Source: a virus (Duplodnaviria; Caudoviricetes). From it: a stretch of DNA of 33,963 nucleotides. The stretch is from positions 1 to 33,963 of the IMG/VR virus record IMGVR_UViG_3300043184_000051, one strand, 5' to 3'. Below are positions 16,322 to 23,765 of this stretch, in pieces. Position 1 is the stretch's first letter; each line of letters starts with the position of its first letter. Position numbers and translations under genes: made by a program. Below the pieces are notes generated by a model. It was given only the letters and a program-made list of their open reading frames with translations, ran no database searches and was not told the DNA's origin.

Positions 16322-16744
16322 ATGCGCGGCCGTCGTATCGCACTGCCGGTTCCGAAAGAACAGGACCTGCAGATGGCGGTCGTGCGCTTCCTCAACCTCG
16401 CTCTGCCGCGGGAGCGCGTGGCGGTGGAGTGGACCTGCTTCCCGGCTGGCGGCGGCGGAAAAATCCGCGGCTCGATCCTCAAAGGCATGGGGCTTAAATC
16501 CGGTTGGCCCGATCTTCAATTCCTCTACCGCGGCCGGATGTTTTTCATCGAATTAAAGCGCCCCGGAGAGAAGCCGGAAAAACATCAGCGCGATCTTCAT
16601 GACCGCCTCAGACACTGCGGCGGCCATGTGGATTGGGCGGATAGCGTCGAACAGGTCGAAGCCATCCTTCGCCGGTGGGGCATCCCCCTTGTCGCTTCCG
16701 TCTGCATGGGCAACCCCAACGCTTTTGAGCAGGCCATCCGATGA
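16322..16744 (+). CDS. VRR-NUC domain nuclease (putative Holliday-junction resolvase)
   Basis: EQDLQ...MGLKSGWPDLQFL...FFIELKRPG...Q...H..L...G. Confidence 0.88.
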   Translation: MRGRRIALPVPKEQDLQMAVVRFLNLALPRERVAVEWTCFPAGGGGKIRGSILKGMGLKSGWPDLQFLYRGRMFFIELKRPGEKPEKHQRDLHDRLRHCGGHVDWADSVEQVEAILRRWGIPLVASVCMGNPNAFEQAIR

Positions 16745-17304
16745 CCTCAGCCGCCGCCGTACAGGTTCCTCAGTTTTCATTCCGCAACGTCGATGAGCTT
16801 GTCCCCTACGCCAACAACGCCCGCACCCATAGCGAAGCGCAGGTGGCGCAGATCGCGGCGAGCATCGCTGAATTCGGCTTCAACGCCCCGGTTCTCATCG
16901 ACGGTGCCAACGGCATCATCGCCGGTCACGGCCGCGTCATGGCGGCGAAGAAGCTCGGTCTTGTTCAGGTGCCGGTGATCGAACTCTCCCACATGACCGA
17001 GGCGCAGAAGCGGGCCTATATCATCGCGGACAACAAGATCGCGCTTAACGCCGGATGGGACGAAGAAAAGCTTGCCGCTGAAATCGCGGCGCTTTCCGAT
17101 GTCGGCGTCATCAACATCGAAACGCTCGGTTTCAGCGAAGATGAAGTCGCCTCACTTCTTGCCGGTCATGGCGATGACGCACCGACGGCAAAAAAGCCGC
17201 CCGCACAGTTCCCGTCCTATGACGAGAAAATCCAGACCGAGCACCAATGCCCTAAATGCGGCTATCGCTGGTCCGGCAAATCCCAAGCCACGGATGATGA
17301 ATGA
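16741..17304 (+). CDS. ParB/Srx N-terminal domain protein with C-terminal zinc ribbon
   Basis: LVPYANNARTH, SIAEFGFNAPVLID, IIAGHGRVMAA, IADNK, and terminal HQCPKCGYRW. Confidence 0.9.
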   Translation: MTSAAAVQVPQFSFRNVDELVPYANNARTHSEAQVAQIAASIAEFGFNAPVLIDGANGIIAGHGRVMAAKKLGLVQVPVIELSHMTEAQKRAYIIADNKIALNAGWDEEKLAAEIAALSDVGVINIETLGFSEDEVASLLAGHGDDAPTAKKPPAQFPSYDEKIQTEHQCPKCGYRWSGKSQATDDE

Positions 17305-18500
17305 GCGAGAAGCCGCCCTATCGGGTCCCGTCGATGGCGGAGATTTCAGCGCTTGCCTGGAACGGCTTCAATGTCGCTTCGACCTTTTCCGGCTGCGGCG
17401 GCTCGTCTCTCGGTTATCGCATGGCGGGCTTCCGTGTCCTCTACGCCAGTGAATTCGTCGATGCCGCGCGCGATACCTACCGCGCCAACTGCGCGCCATA
17501 TACCTTCATTGACGGCCGCGACATCCGGCAGACCCAGGCGGAAGACATTCTAGCCGCCTGCGGCCTTGCCAGCGGGGAGCTTGATCTGTTGGACGGCTCT
17601 CCGCCGTGCGCGTCATTTTCTACCGCAGGCAAGCGCCATAAGGCTTGGGGGAAGGTCAAAGCCTACAGCGACACCCAGCAGCGCGCCGACGATTTGTTCT
17701 TTGAGTTCGCCCGTATCGTCGAAGGCGTTCGGCCGAAGACCTTCGTTGCGGAGAATGTCAGCGGTCTCATCAAGGGCGTTGCGAAGGGATATTTCCTGGA
17801 AATCCTTCGACGCCTCAAAGCCGCGGATTACGAAGTCGAAGCAAGACTTCTTGATGCGCAATGGCTCGGTGTTCCGCAGGCCCGACAGCGGCTGATCTTC
17901 GTCGGCGTCCGGCGTGATCTAGCCGACGTTTTCAACGTCGCTCCGGCCCACCCTTCTCCGCTTCCCTATCTCTATTCGGTGCGTGATGCGCTGCCCTGGC
18001 TGACCTCTGTGATCCATGACACCAGCGGCCAATTCGGAGCCGGTAAAGTCATCAACCGACCGTCGCCGTCGATCACCGTGGGCGTCAATTCGGTGAATAG
18101 TCTTCACTTTAAGATCGCCGGAGCCGCGCAGCCGGTTGAGCCGGAAGCCGATATTTCCCGCTTCGCCATCGCTGAGGAATGGGACAAGCTTGCACCGGGC
18201 GGGCAGAGCGACCGTTATTTTCAGCTTGTTCGCCCTGATCCGGATCAGCCGGTGCCGACGATCACCGCGCATGGCGGAACGACGAGCCTCGCCAGCGTCA
18301 CGCACCCGACGGAGCGTCGGAAGTTTTCGATTGCAGAGCTTCGACGGCTGTGCGGTTTCCCGGATGATTTTATTCTGACCGGAACCTATGCGCAGCAATG
18401 GGAGCGGCTTGGCCGCGCCGTCCCGCCGGTGATGATGATGCACATCGCCGCCGCCGTCCGTGATCGTATCCTTATCCCGCTTCGTGAAAGAGGTGCGTGA
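17301..18500 (+). CDS. DNA cytosine-C5 methyltransferase-family enzyme; predicted carboxymethyltransferase
   Basis: Motif I FSGCGG, IV GSPPC, VI ENV, VIII QARQR, IX RLCGFPDDF. Motif X is LGRAVPP, with Arg372 where Asn is usual. Confidence 0.9.
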   Translation: MSEKPPYRVPSMAEISALAWNGFNVASTFSGCGGSSLGYRMAGFRVLYASEFVDAARDTYRANCAPYTFIDGRDIRQTQAEDILAACGLASGELDLLDGSPPCASFSTAGKRHKAWGKVKAYSDTQQRADDLFFEFARIVEGVRPKTFVAENVSGLIKGVAKGYFLEILRRLKAADYEVEARLLDAQWLGVPQARQRLIFVGVRRDLADVFNVAPAHPSPLPYLYSVRDALPWLTSVIHDTSGQFGAGKVINRPSPSITVGVNSVNSLHFKIAGAAQPVEPEADISRFAIAEEWDKLAPGGQSDRYFQLVRPDPDQPVPTITAHGGTTSLASVTHPTERRKFSIAELRRLCGFPDDFILTGTYAQQWERLGRAVPPVMMMHIAAAVRDRILIPLRERGA

Positions 18501-18571
18501 TGTGCGGCATCGCCGGGACATTCAACGTGCCGAAATTTTATCAGCCTATGGACCAACGGCTGTTTAGGTGA
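18500..18571 (+). pseudogene. 23-codon remnant of an AsnB-like (Ntn, class II) glutamine amidotransferase
   Basis: MCGIAGTFNVPKFYQPMDQRLFR*. Has its own GAGGTG RBS and a TGATG overlap with the MTase stop, and ends 3 nt before the next ATG. Confidence 0.7.
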
Positions 18572-18574
18572 ACT

Positions 18575-19255
18575 ATGGATATTCCCCGGAATTGGACGTT
18601 CGAGACCAGTGAAGTCGCTAAAGGATTTGAGCGGCATGTCAGAGAACAGTTGCCTTGGTATGAACTGATCACCGGCGCGGTGGCTCATGTCGCCCGCCAT
18701 TACATTCCGACCGGCGGCCGCATCTACGATATCGGCGCTTCAACCGGCAATATCGGCCGCGCGCTAGCAGAGACCATCGAGGACCGCAAGGCGGAGCTTA
18801 TCGGCATCGAGGCGTCGGCTTCGATGGCTGAGCTTTACAGCGCGCCGGGCAAGGTAATTTGCGCTGATGCCCTCCATTTCGATTTCGAGCCATTCGATGT
18901 CGGCATCCTGATGCTGGTCATGATGTTTATGCCGGTCGCTGAACGCGGTGCTTTCTTAGAACGGCTTGCCGCAAAGGCCCGGCCCGGCGGAGCGCTGATC
19001 ATCATCGACAAAGTCGAAGTCGGCGGCGCCTACGCCGCAACGGCGCTTTACCGACTGGCGCTTGCCGGGAAGGTCGCTGCCCAAGTCCCTGCTGATGAGA
19101 TTATCGCGAAAGAGCTTTCGCTTGGCGGCGTTCAGCGGCCATTGAGCGGCCCGCCGATTGCTGGCGCGGTGGAGTTCTTCCGCTTCGGTGCCTTCGCCGG
19201 ATGGGTCTGGGAGGCCGCGGAGCGCCAGGCCCGGCCGCCGGGCTATGGACAGTAA
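18575..19255 (+). CDS. CmoA-like class I SAM-dependent enzyme (carboxy-SAM synthase-like)
   Basis: Collinear with CmoA as I recall its sequence: NWTFE..VA..F..HV..QLPWY, IYDIGASTG, AER..FL..L....RPGGALIIIDK, EIIAK..SL..V, FFRFGAF. Confidence 0.8.
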   Translation: MDIPRNWTFETSEVAKGFERHVREQLPWYELITGAVAHVARHYIPTGGRIYDIGASTGNIGRALAETIEDRKAELIGIEASASMAELYSAPGKVICADALHFDFEPFDVGILMLVMMFMPVAERGAFLERLAAKARPGGALIIIDKVEVGGAYAATALYRLALAGKVAAQVPADEIIAKELSLGGVQRPLSGPPIAGAVEFFRFGAFAGWVWEAAERQARPPGYGQ

Positions 19256-19290
19256 AACGTCATTGCACTACGGCTAAGCCCTGTGAAGAA

Positions 19291-19322
19291 GAAAGCCCGT
19301 CGGCGCGAACCGGCGGGCTTTC
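19291..19322. terminator. Strong hairpin after the modification operon (terminator or attenuator candidate)
   Basis: GAAAGCCCGTCGG-CGCGAA-CCGGCGGGCTTTC, a 13-bp stem with one G-U pair. The U tract is short. Confidence 0.55.
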
Positions 19323-19429
19323 AGGGGTGACGCCCCTTGCAGGGAACAGCGAAGCGTCGTGATCTCTATACAAGCCCAGCCGTTCCCGGTCAAATGTGAT
19401 TATACACCGCCGCAATACGGGGACGGGCT

Positions 19430-20029
19430 GTGCAGGCAATTCATGTTGAGGTCAAAAACCGCGACGCGCTCTATGCGCTCGATGCGCTTGCCCGTCGGCA
19501 AATTCCCTTCGCCACCGCCGTTGCGCTGACCCGTACCGCGATTGAAGCCCGCGATGCTGTGCGGATGCAGGCGAAGGAGCGCTTCACCATCCGAACCCCT
19601 TGGGTGCTTAAAGGCATTCAGGCGAAGTCAGCGGATAAGCGCAGCCTGACCGCGCATGTCATCGCCCGCGACGACTTCATGGCGCTACAGGAAGAAGGCG
19701 GGGTGAAGGAAGCCCGTGGCAAAGCGCTAGGCGTGCCGGTGGAAGCCCGCAATCCGAAGACGTTGGTAACCCGACCGAGTAAATGGCCCGGCGCGCTGCT
19801 ACGACGGAAACGCAAATTCTTCACCGGTCAGGTCAAGGGCAATGTCCCCGCCGTATTCCGGCGTGATGAGGACGGCGGCCTGACGCTGTTCTACACCCTG
19901 CGGCCTAGGGTTTCGATCAAGCCCCGTTTCGGCATGGTGGAGAAGGTCCGTGAGGTTGTGACTTCACGATATGCCGCGCTGTTCGCGGAAGCCTTCGCCC
20001 AAGCCCGCAAGACGGCGAAGCCGCGATGA
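19430..20029 (+). CDS. Basic phage protein, lambda gpZ-like (tail completion/neck family)
   Basis: RQIPFATAVALTRTAIEARDAV...F..RTPW...QEEGG.K pattern; Arg/Lys rich. Confidence 0.6.
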   Translation: MQAIHVEVKNRDALYALDALARRQIPFATAVALTRTAIEARDAVRMQAKERFTIRTPWVLKGIQAKSADKRSLTAHVIARDDFMALQEEGGVKEARGKALGVPVEARNPKTLVTRPSKWPGALLRRKRKFFTGQVKGNVPAVFRRDEDGGLTLFYTLRPRVSIKPRFGMVEKVREVVTSRYAALFAEAFAQARKTAKPR

Positions 20030-20367
20030 TCCTCAACCGCTATGACGTCGCCGATAGCTGGTCGGATTGGTGCCCCGACCTGGATACCATCGACCGCGTC
20101 GGCATGGCGTTTCTGCTGGAATGCTCGGCCAACGGCGTCGCCTATACCTCGACGCAGCGCCTAGCCCGTGCGCTCAGCATCACGGAGAGCCGGGCGGAGC
20201 AATTGATCTTGCGGCTTAAATTCCGGGGATACGCAAGAATTGCGCACTTGGGCGATTGCATCGAAGACGTCGATCAGTCGACCAGCCAATTCTATCAAAT
20301 CTACTTTGACGACATCTGCCTAAACGGCGGTCAGCCGCTCACCCTAATCCACGTCGCCAGACAGTGA
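20026..20367 (+). CDS. Winged-HTH-like hypothetical protein
   Basis: STQRLARALSITESRAEQLILRLKFRGY; ATGA overlap. Confidence 0.6.
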   Translation: MILNRYDVADSWSDWCPDLDTIDRVGMAFLLECSANGVAYTSTQRLARALSITESRAEQLILRLKFRGYARIAHLGDCIEDVDQSTSQFYQIYFDDICLNGGQPLTLIHVARQ

Positions 20368-20377
20368 GGACAGCACG

Positions 20378-21421
20378 ATGGCAAAGCTCCCCTTTGTGAA
20401 GTTTTTCCCCAACGACTGGCGGGCGGAGACATCTGTTCAGTTGTCGTCGCTGTCGGCGCGCGGCCTGTGGCTCGAAATGCTGCTGATCATGCACCGGGCA
20501 GAGCCGCGGGGGCACCTGCTGGTCGACGGCAATCCGGTGGAGCCGCCGGAGTTGGCAAGGCTGGTCGGTGCGCCGCTTGCCGAGGTCGAACAGGGGCTAT
20601 CCGAGCTTGAGCGCCGGGGTGTTTTTTCCCGCAACCGCGCCGGGGTGATTGTGTCCCGGCGGATGGTGCGTGAGGAGAAGCTGTCGAGCAAACAGAGAGA
20701 TAACGTCGAGAAAAGGTGGAGAAAACCGCAAAAACCAGACCCAGAGCAAACCACTGAGAACAAAGAGCAATCCGACTTTGGTAATACCAAACCGATACCA
20801 AACGGATACCAAACCGATACCCATCAGAGGTTCAGAGGCTCAGAGGTTCAGAATAAGGCTAGTTCTGAACCGTCAGAGCAAGCTTCACCGTCCCCTGTTA
20901 CCGTTAGAGCAAACGGAGAGGTCGGGGCTAGTTCTGAACCAGCGCGCGCGCGCAAGCTCGAACTGGACCCGGAGCCGGAACGCGCCGCCACCGTCATCCA
21001 ACACCCGAACCAGCAGTCATGGTCAGCCCAAGCCGTCACGGCCCTGCGCAAGCTCGGAGTTGATCGGGACAAGGCGCAGGAGGCCGTCGCGATCTGGCGG
21101 AAGCGTTTCAGCCAAGACGACATCGATGAAGCCATCGACACCGCAAAGTTGGAGGACCGACAGGGCGGTCAAAACATCATCGGCTTCGTTGGTGCGGTTC
21201 TCCGTCGGATGAAGCGGGAGCATGAGCAAGTCCAGGCCGCAGAGCGCCGGGCTGGCAAGAAGCAGCAGCGGACACGGTGGTCCCCGCGCTTCGGTCAGGT
21301 GACTTACACAATCGGCGAACGCCTGGACCTTCCCGATAAAAGCTACATCGACGAAGACGGCGTGCTCTACGAAAAGAACCTCAACGGTCCGGGATGGGAT
21401 CGTTACGGCGGCGGCTGCTAG
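20378..21421 (+). CDS. Phage replication initiator-like protein (lambda O analogue)
   Basis: N-terminal PFVKFFPNDW...LSARGLWLEMLLIMH...SRRM winged-helix pattern, a low-complexity middle carrying DNA repeats, and position directly before the helicase. Confidence 0.75.
   Translation: MAKLPFVKFFPNDWRAETSVQLSSLSARGLWLEMLLIMHRAEPRGHLLVDGNPVEPPELARLVGAPLAEVEQGLSELERRGVFSRNRAGVIVSRRMVREEKLSSKQRDNVEKRWRKPQKPDPEQTTENKEQSDFGNTKPIPNGYQTDTHQRFRGSEVQNKASSEPSEQASPSPVTVRANGEVGASSEPARARKLELDPEPERAATVIQHPNQQSWSAQAVTALRKLGVDRDKAQEAVAIWRKRFSQDDIDEAIDTAKLEDRQGGQNIIGFVGAVLRRMKREHEQVQAAERRAGKKQQRTRWSPRFGQVTYTIGERLDLPDKSYIDEDGVLYEKNLNGPGWDRYGGGC
20777..20940. repeat. Iteron cluster, probable phage replication origin
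   Basis: ATACCAAAC(C/G)G x3.5 at 11-bp period (20784-20821) with an inverted TTTGGTA at 20777. TCAGAGGY x3.6 (20824-20852). GGCTAGTTCTGAACC at 20857 and 20926. Confidence 0.75.
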
Positions 21422-21452
21422 CGTTTAGAAAATCGGAAAACGGGGAACAGCG

Positions 21453-23294
21453 ATGAGCGTAGCGGAAGAACTTGGTGCCAACGGAATACGGCCGCGGAGC
21501 TTTGAGCCCGGATCGTACAAAACCACATGTCCGAAGTGTTCTCACACCCGGAAGAAGAAAAGCGATCCTTGCCTCAGCATCACCATCAACGCGGATGAAA
21601 CCGCGCTGTGGTACTGCCACAACTGCGAATGGAAGGGAGCCGTCGGGAAATCCGACCACGGCAACCGGCAGACGAAAATCTACAAACGGCCGAAGCTACC
21701 GGAGGAACGGAAGACATCGGCGAATATGCTGGCGTGGTTCAAGAACCGCGGGATCAGCGAGGAAACCGTTCAGGAGTTCGGCTGCTACCGCACCGCGCAT
21801 TTCTTCCCGCAGCGAAACGGCAAGGTGAACTGCATCGCCTTCCCCTACACCGTCGGCGGCGAAGTCGTGAATGTGAAATACCGCGCGGATGTCGAAGACC
21901 CGCATACCGGGGCCTGGAACAAGATCATGGCGCAGGAGAGCGAGGCGCAGCCCTGTTTCTTCAACGCCGACAACATGGCGACCGATGAAGTCATCTTTGC
22001 CGAAGGCGAGACAGACGTGATGTCGCTTTGGGAAGCCGGTTATCGTTCGGTCGTCTCGCTTCCCAATGGTGCAGGCAAGACGGCGAAGTTCGATGCGCAT
22101 GATCTCCGCTTCGTTCCGTTCAGCTTCCACGCCGAACAGGTCATCAAGCTGTCGAAGGTCATCATCGCCACCGACATGGACGCCCCAGGTGAGGCGCTGG
22201 CGAAGGAAATCGCATGGCGCGTCGGAGCCGACCGCTGCTTCCGCGCCAATTGGCCCGATGACTGCAAAGACGCAAATGAGGTCTTGGTAAAGCACGGCGC
22301 TGAGAAGTTACGGGACTGCATCAACTCCGCAGCGCCTTGGCCGCTCGACGGCATTATGCGGCCGGTCGCATTTCGTGATGACGTCTTCGCTATCTATCGC
22401 GGTGAAATCGACAAAGGTCTCAGCACCGGATTTCTGGCGCTTGATCCCTACGTCCAATTGATGCCGTGTTCATTCAACGTCATCACCGGCTTTCCGAACT
22501 ACGGCAAATCGACGTTCATGAACCAGCTCTGCCTGAACCTGTCGAAGCGCGAAGGCTGGCGTTGGGCGGTGTTCTCACCCGAGCAGACCCCGCGATGGAA
22601 CATGATCCGCCTCGCCGAAATGTTCCTCGGCAAAAGCTTCAACGGCAGCGCCTATCTCCGGATGACGGAGGCAGAACTGGCCTTCGCCTTGGAGTGGATC
22701 GACAAGCACTTCGTCTTCCTCGGCTCGCCTGAGGCCGCACCGACGATTGAATGGCTACTCGAACGCGCCCGCTACGCCGCGGTTCGCTACGGCATCAACG
22801 GCCTCGTCATCGATCCCTGGAACGAAGTCGAGCAAAACAGAAGTCGCTACACCACCGAAACGGAATGGATCGGCGGCTCCATCGGACAGATCAAGCGCTT
22901 CAACCGGGCGCACGAAGTTTCCTCCTTCGTCGTCGCCCATCCGTCCAAACCGGCAAAGGAAAACCGCGGACAGATGAAACCGCCCGGCCTCTACGACATC
23001 AGCGGCTCACAGCACTGGGTCAACAAAGCCGACCTCGGCTTGGTCGTTCATCGCGATGACGATGCAGGGCGAACCGACATCCACATCCGCAAGGTCCGGG
23101 AGCAGCCGACCTTCGGCAAGCTCGGCACCGCGCATCTGCGGTTCAGCGGCACCACCCGGCGCTTCGAGGAAATCGAGGAACCCGCCCCCGGCCTCGGCTT
23201 CGGCAGTACCACCCCGGCTAGACCCTACCGGCCCTCGGCACCGCCCCCCGACCCGGAACCGGATCACCCGGCCTTTTCCGGCTTCGCGGAGTAA
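21453..23294 (+). CDS. Bifunctional primase-helicase (T7 gp4/Twinkle-like, SF4)
   Basis: Zinc domain CPKC...CHNC, TOPRIM EGETD and DMD, KDANE, Walker A GFPNYGKST, VIDPWN, VVAHP, YDISGS. Confidence 0.92.
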   Translation: MSVAEELGANGIRPRSFEPGSYKTTCPKCSHTRKKKSDPCLSITINADETALWYCHNCEWKGAVGKSDHGNRQTKIYKRPKLPEERKTSANMLAWFKNRGISEETVQEFGCYRTAHFFPQRNGKVNCIAFPYTVGGEVVNVKYRADVEDPHTGAWNKIMAQESEAQPCFFNADNMATDEVIFAEGETDVMSLWEAGYRSVVSLPNGAGKTAKFDAHDLRFVPFSFHAEQVIKLSKVIIATDMDAPGEALAKEIAWRVGADRCFRANWPDDCKDANEVLVKHGAEKLRDCINSAAPWPLDGIMRPVAFRDDVFAIYRGEIDKGLSTGFLALDPYVQLMPCSFNVITGFPNYGKSTFMNQLCLNLSKREGWRWAVFSPEQTPRWNMIRLAEMFLGKSFNGSAYLRMTEAELAFALEWIDKHFVFLGSPEAAPTIEWLLERARYAAVRYGINGLVIDPWNEVEQNRSRYTTETEWIGGSIGQIKRFNRAHEVSSFVVAHPSKPAKENRGQMKPPGLYDISGSQHWVNKADLGLVVHRDDDAGRTDIHIRKVREQPTFGKLGTAHLRFSGTTRRFEEIEEPAPGLGFGSTTPARPYRPSAPPPDPEPDHPAFSGFAE

Positions 23295-23669
23295 CCGCAC
23301 CCTACCCCGGCCTCTAGCATCCACGCCGCGCCCCAAATTCCGGGGGCTAGGCGCGTTGCAAGGGGTGGGGCGCTATACCCCTACGTAGCAGCCTCTAGAC
23401 CCCATTGTACGGCCGCCCAATCGCGATTATAACCCCGCCTACGGAGTACAATCCGTTGCCCTTGCCCCTACCGGCCGCGGCCCCTACCCTCTCCAGGCGC
23501 TTGGGCTGTCCTCCCAGGCGCGGCGGGGAGCGGGCAGGCCAGCAGCCGCGGCACCCCTCCCCGTCACCCCTACCCATATCCCATTGATAAACAACAGCAA
23601 TCAGTGAAACCGCGGGGCGTCGGTACAACAGCATTTGACGCTAACCCACTGGTTCGCATAGAAGTTCAC

Positions 23670-23725
23670 GGGTCCTTCCTGGGGTGTTATGCCGCGGGTA
23701 CGGCGCGCGCGCAGTAAAACGCTAG
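23670..23725 (+). other. Candidate cos site (cosQ/cosN-like)
   Basis: GGGTCCT (identical to lambda cosQ) at 23670-23676, then GC-rich GCGGGTACGGCGCGCGCGC...CGCTA, just upstream of the small terminase. Confidence 0.6.
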
Positions 23726-23765
23726 CGAGCGGGCGCTAAAAAAGGTTTGAACATCAGAGGGTTAG

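Noticed and set aside
16741-17304. Plasmid-prophage partition system
   Set aside because: No ParA and no HTH or dimerisation region, and the element has an integrase at a tRNA.
16322-18500. VRR-NUC plus C5-MTase as a type II restriction-modification pair
   Set aside because: Stand-alone phage VRR-NUC proteins are typically junction resolvases. The MTase context points to hypermodification instead.
18500-18574. Full AsnB gene continuing by frameshift
   Set aside because: Only about 70 bp are available before the intact CmoA-like gene, so there is no room for the enzyme in any frame.
18575-19255. Host-type tRNA modification gene cmoA acting with cmoB
   Set aside because: No cmoB-like gene in the window, and it is coupled to a DNA C5-MTase. 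The gene symbol is withheld because key residues differ.
20784-20940. Repeats as a CRISPR array or DGR template/variable repeat
   Set aside because: Units are 8-15 bp without unique spacers, and no reverse transcriptase is present. An origin explains them better.
23395-23634. Short ORFs in the gap before the terminase
   Set aside because: Low-complexity Pro/Gly/Arg translations with no RBS or coupling; treated as non-coding.
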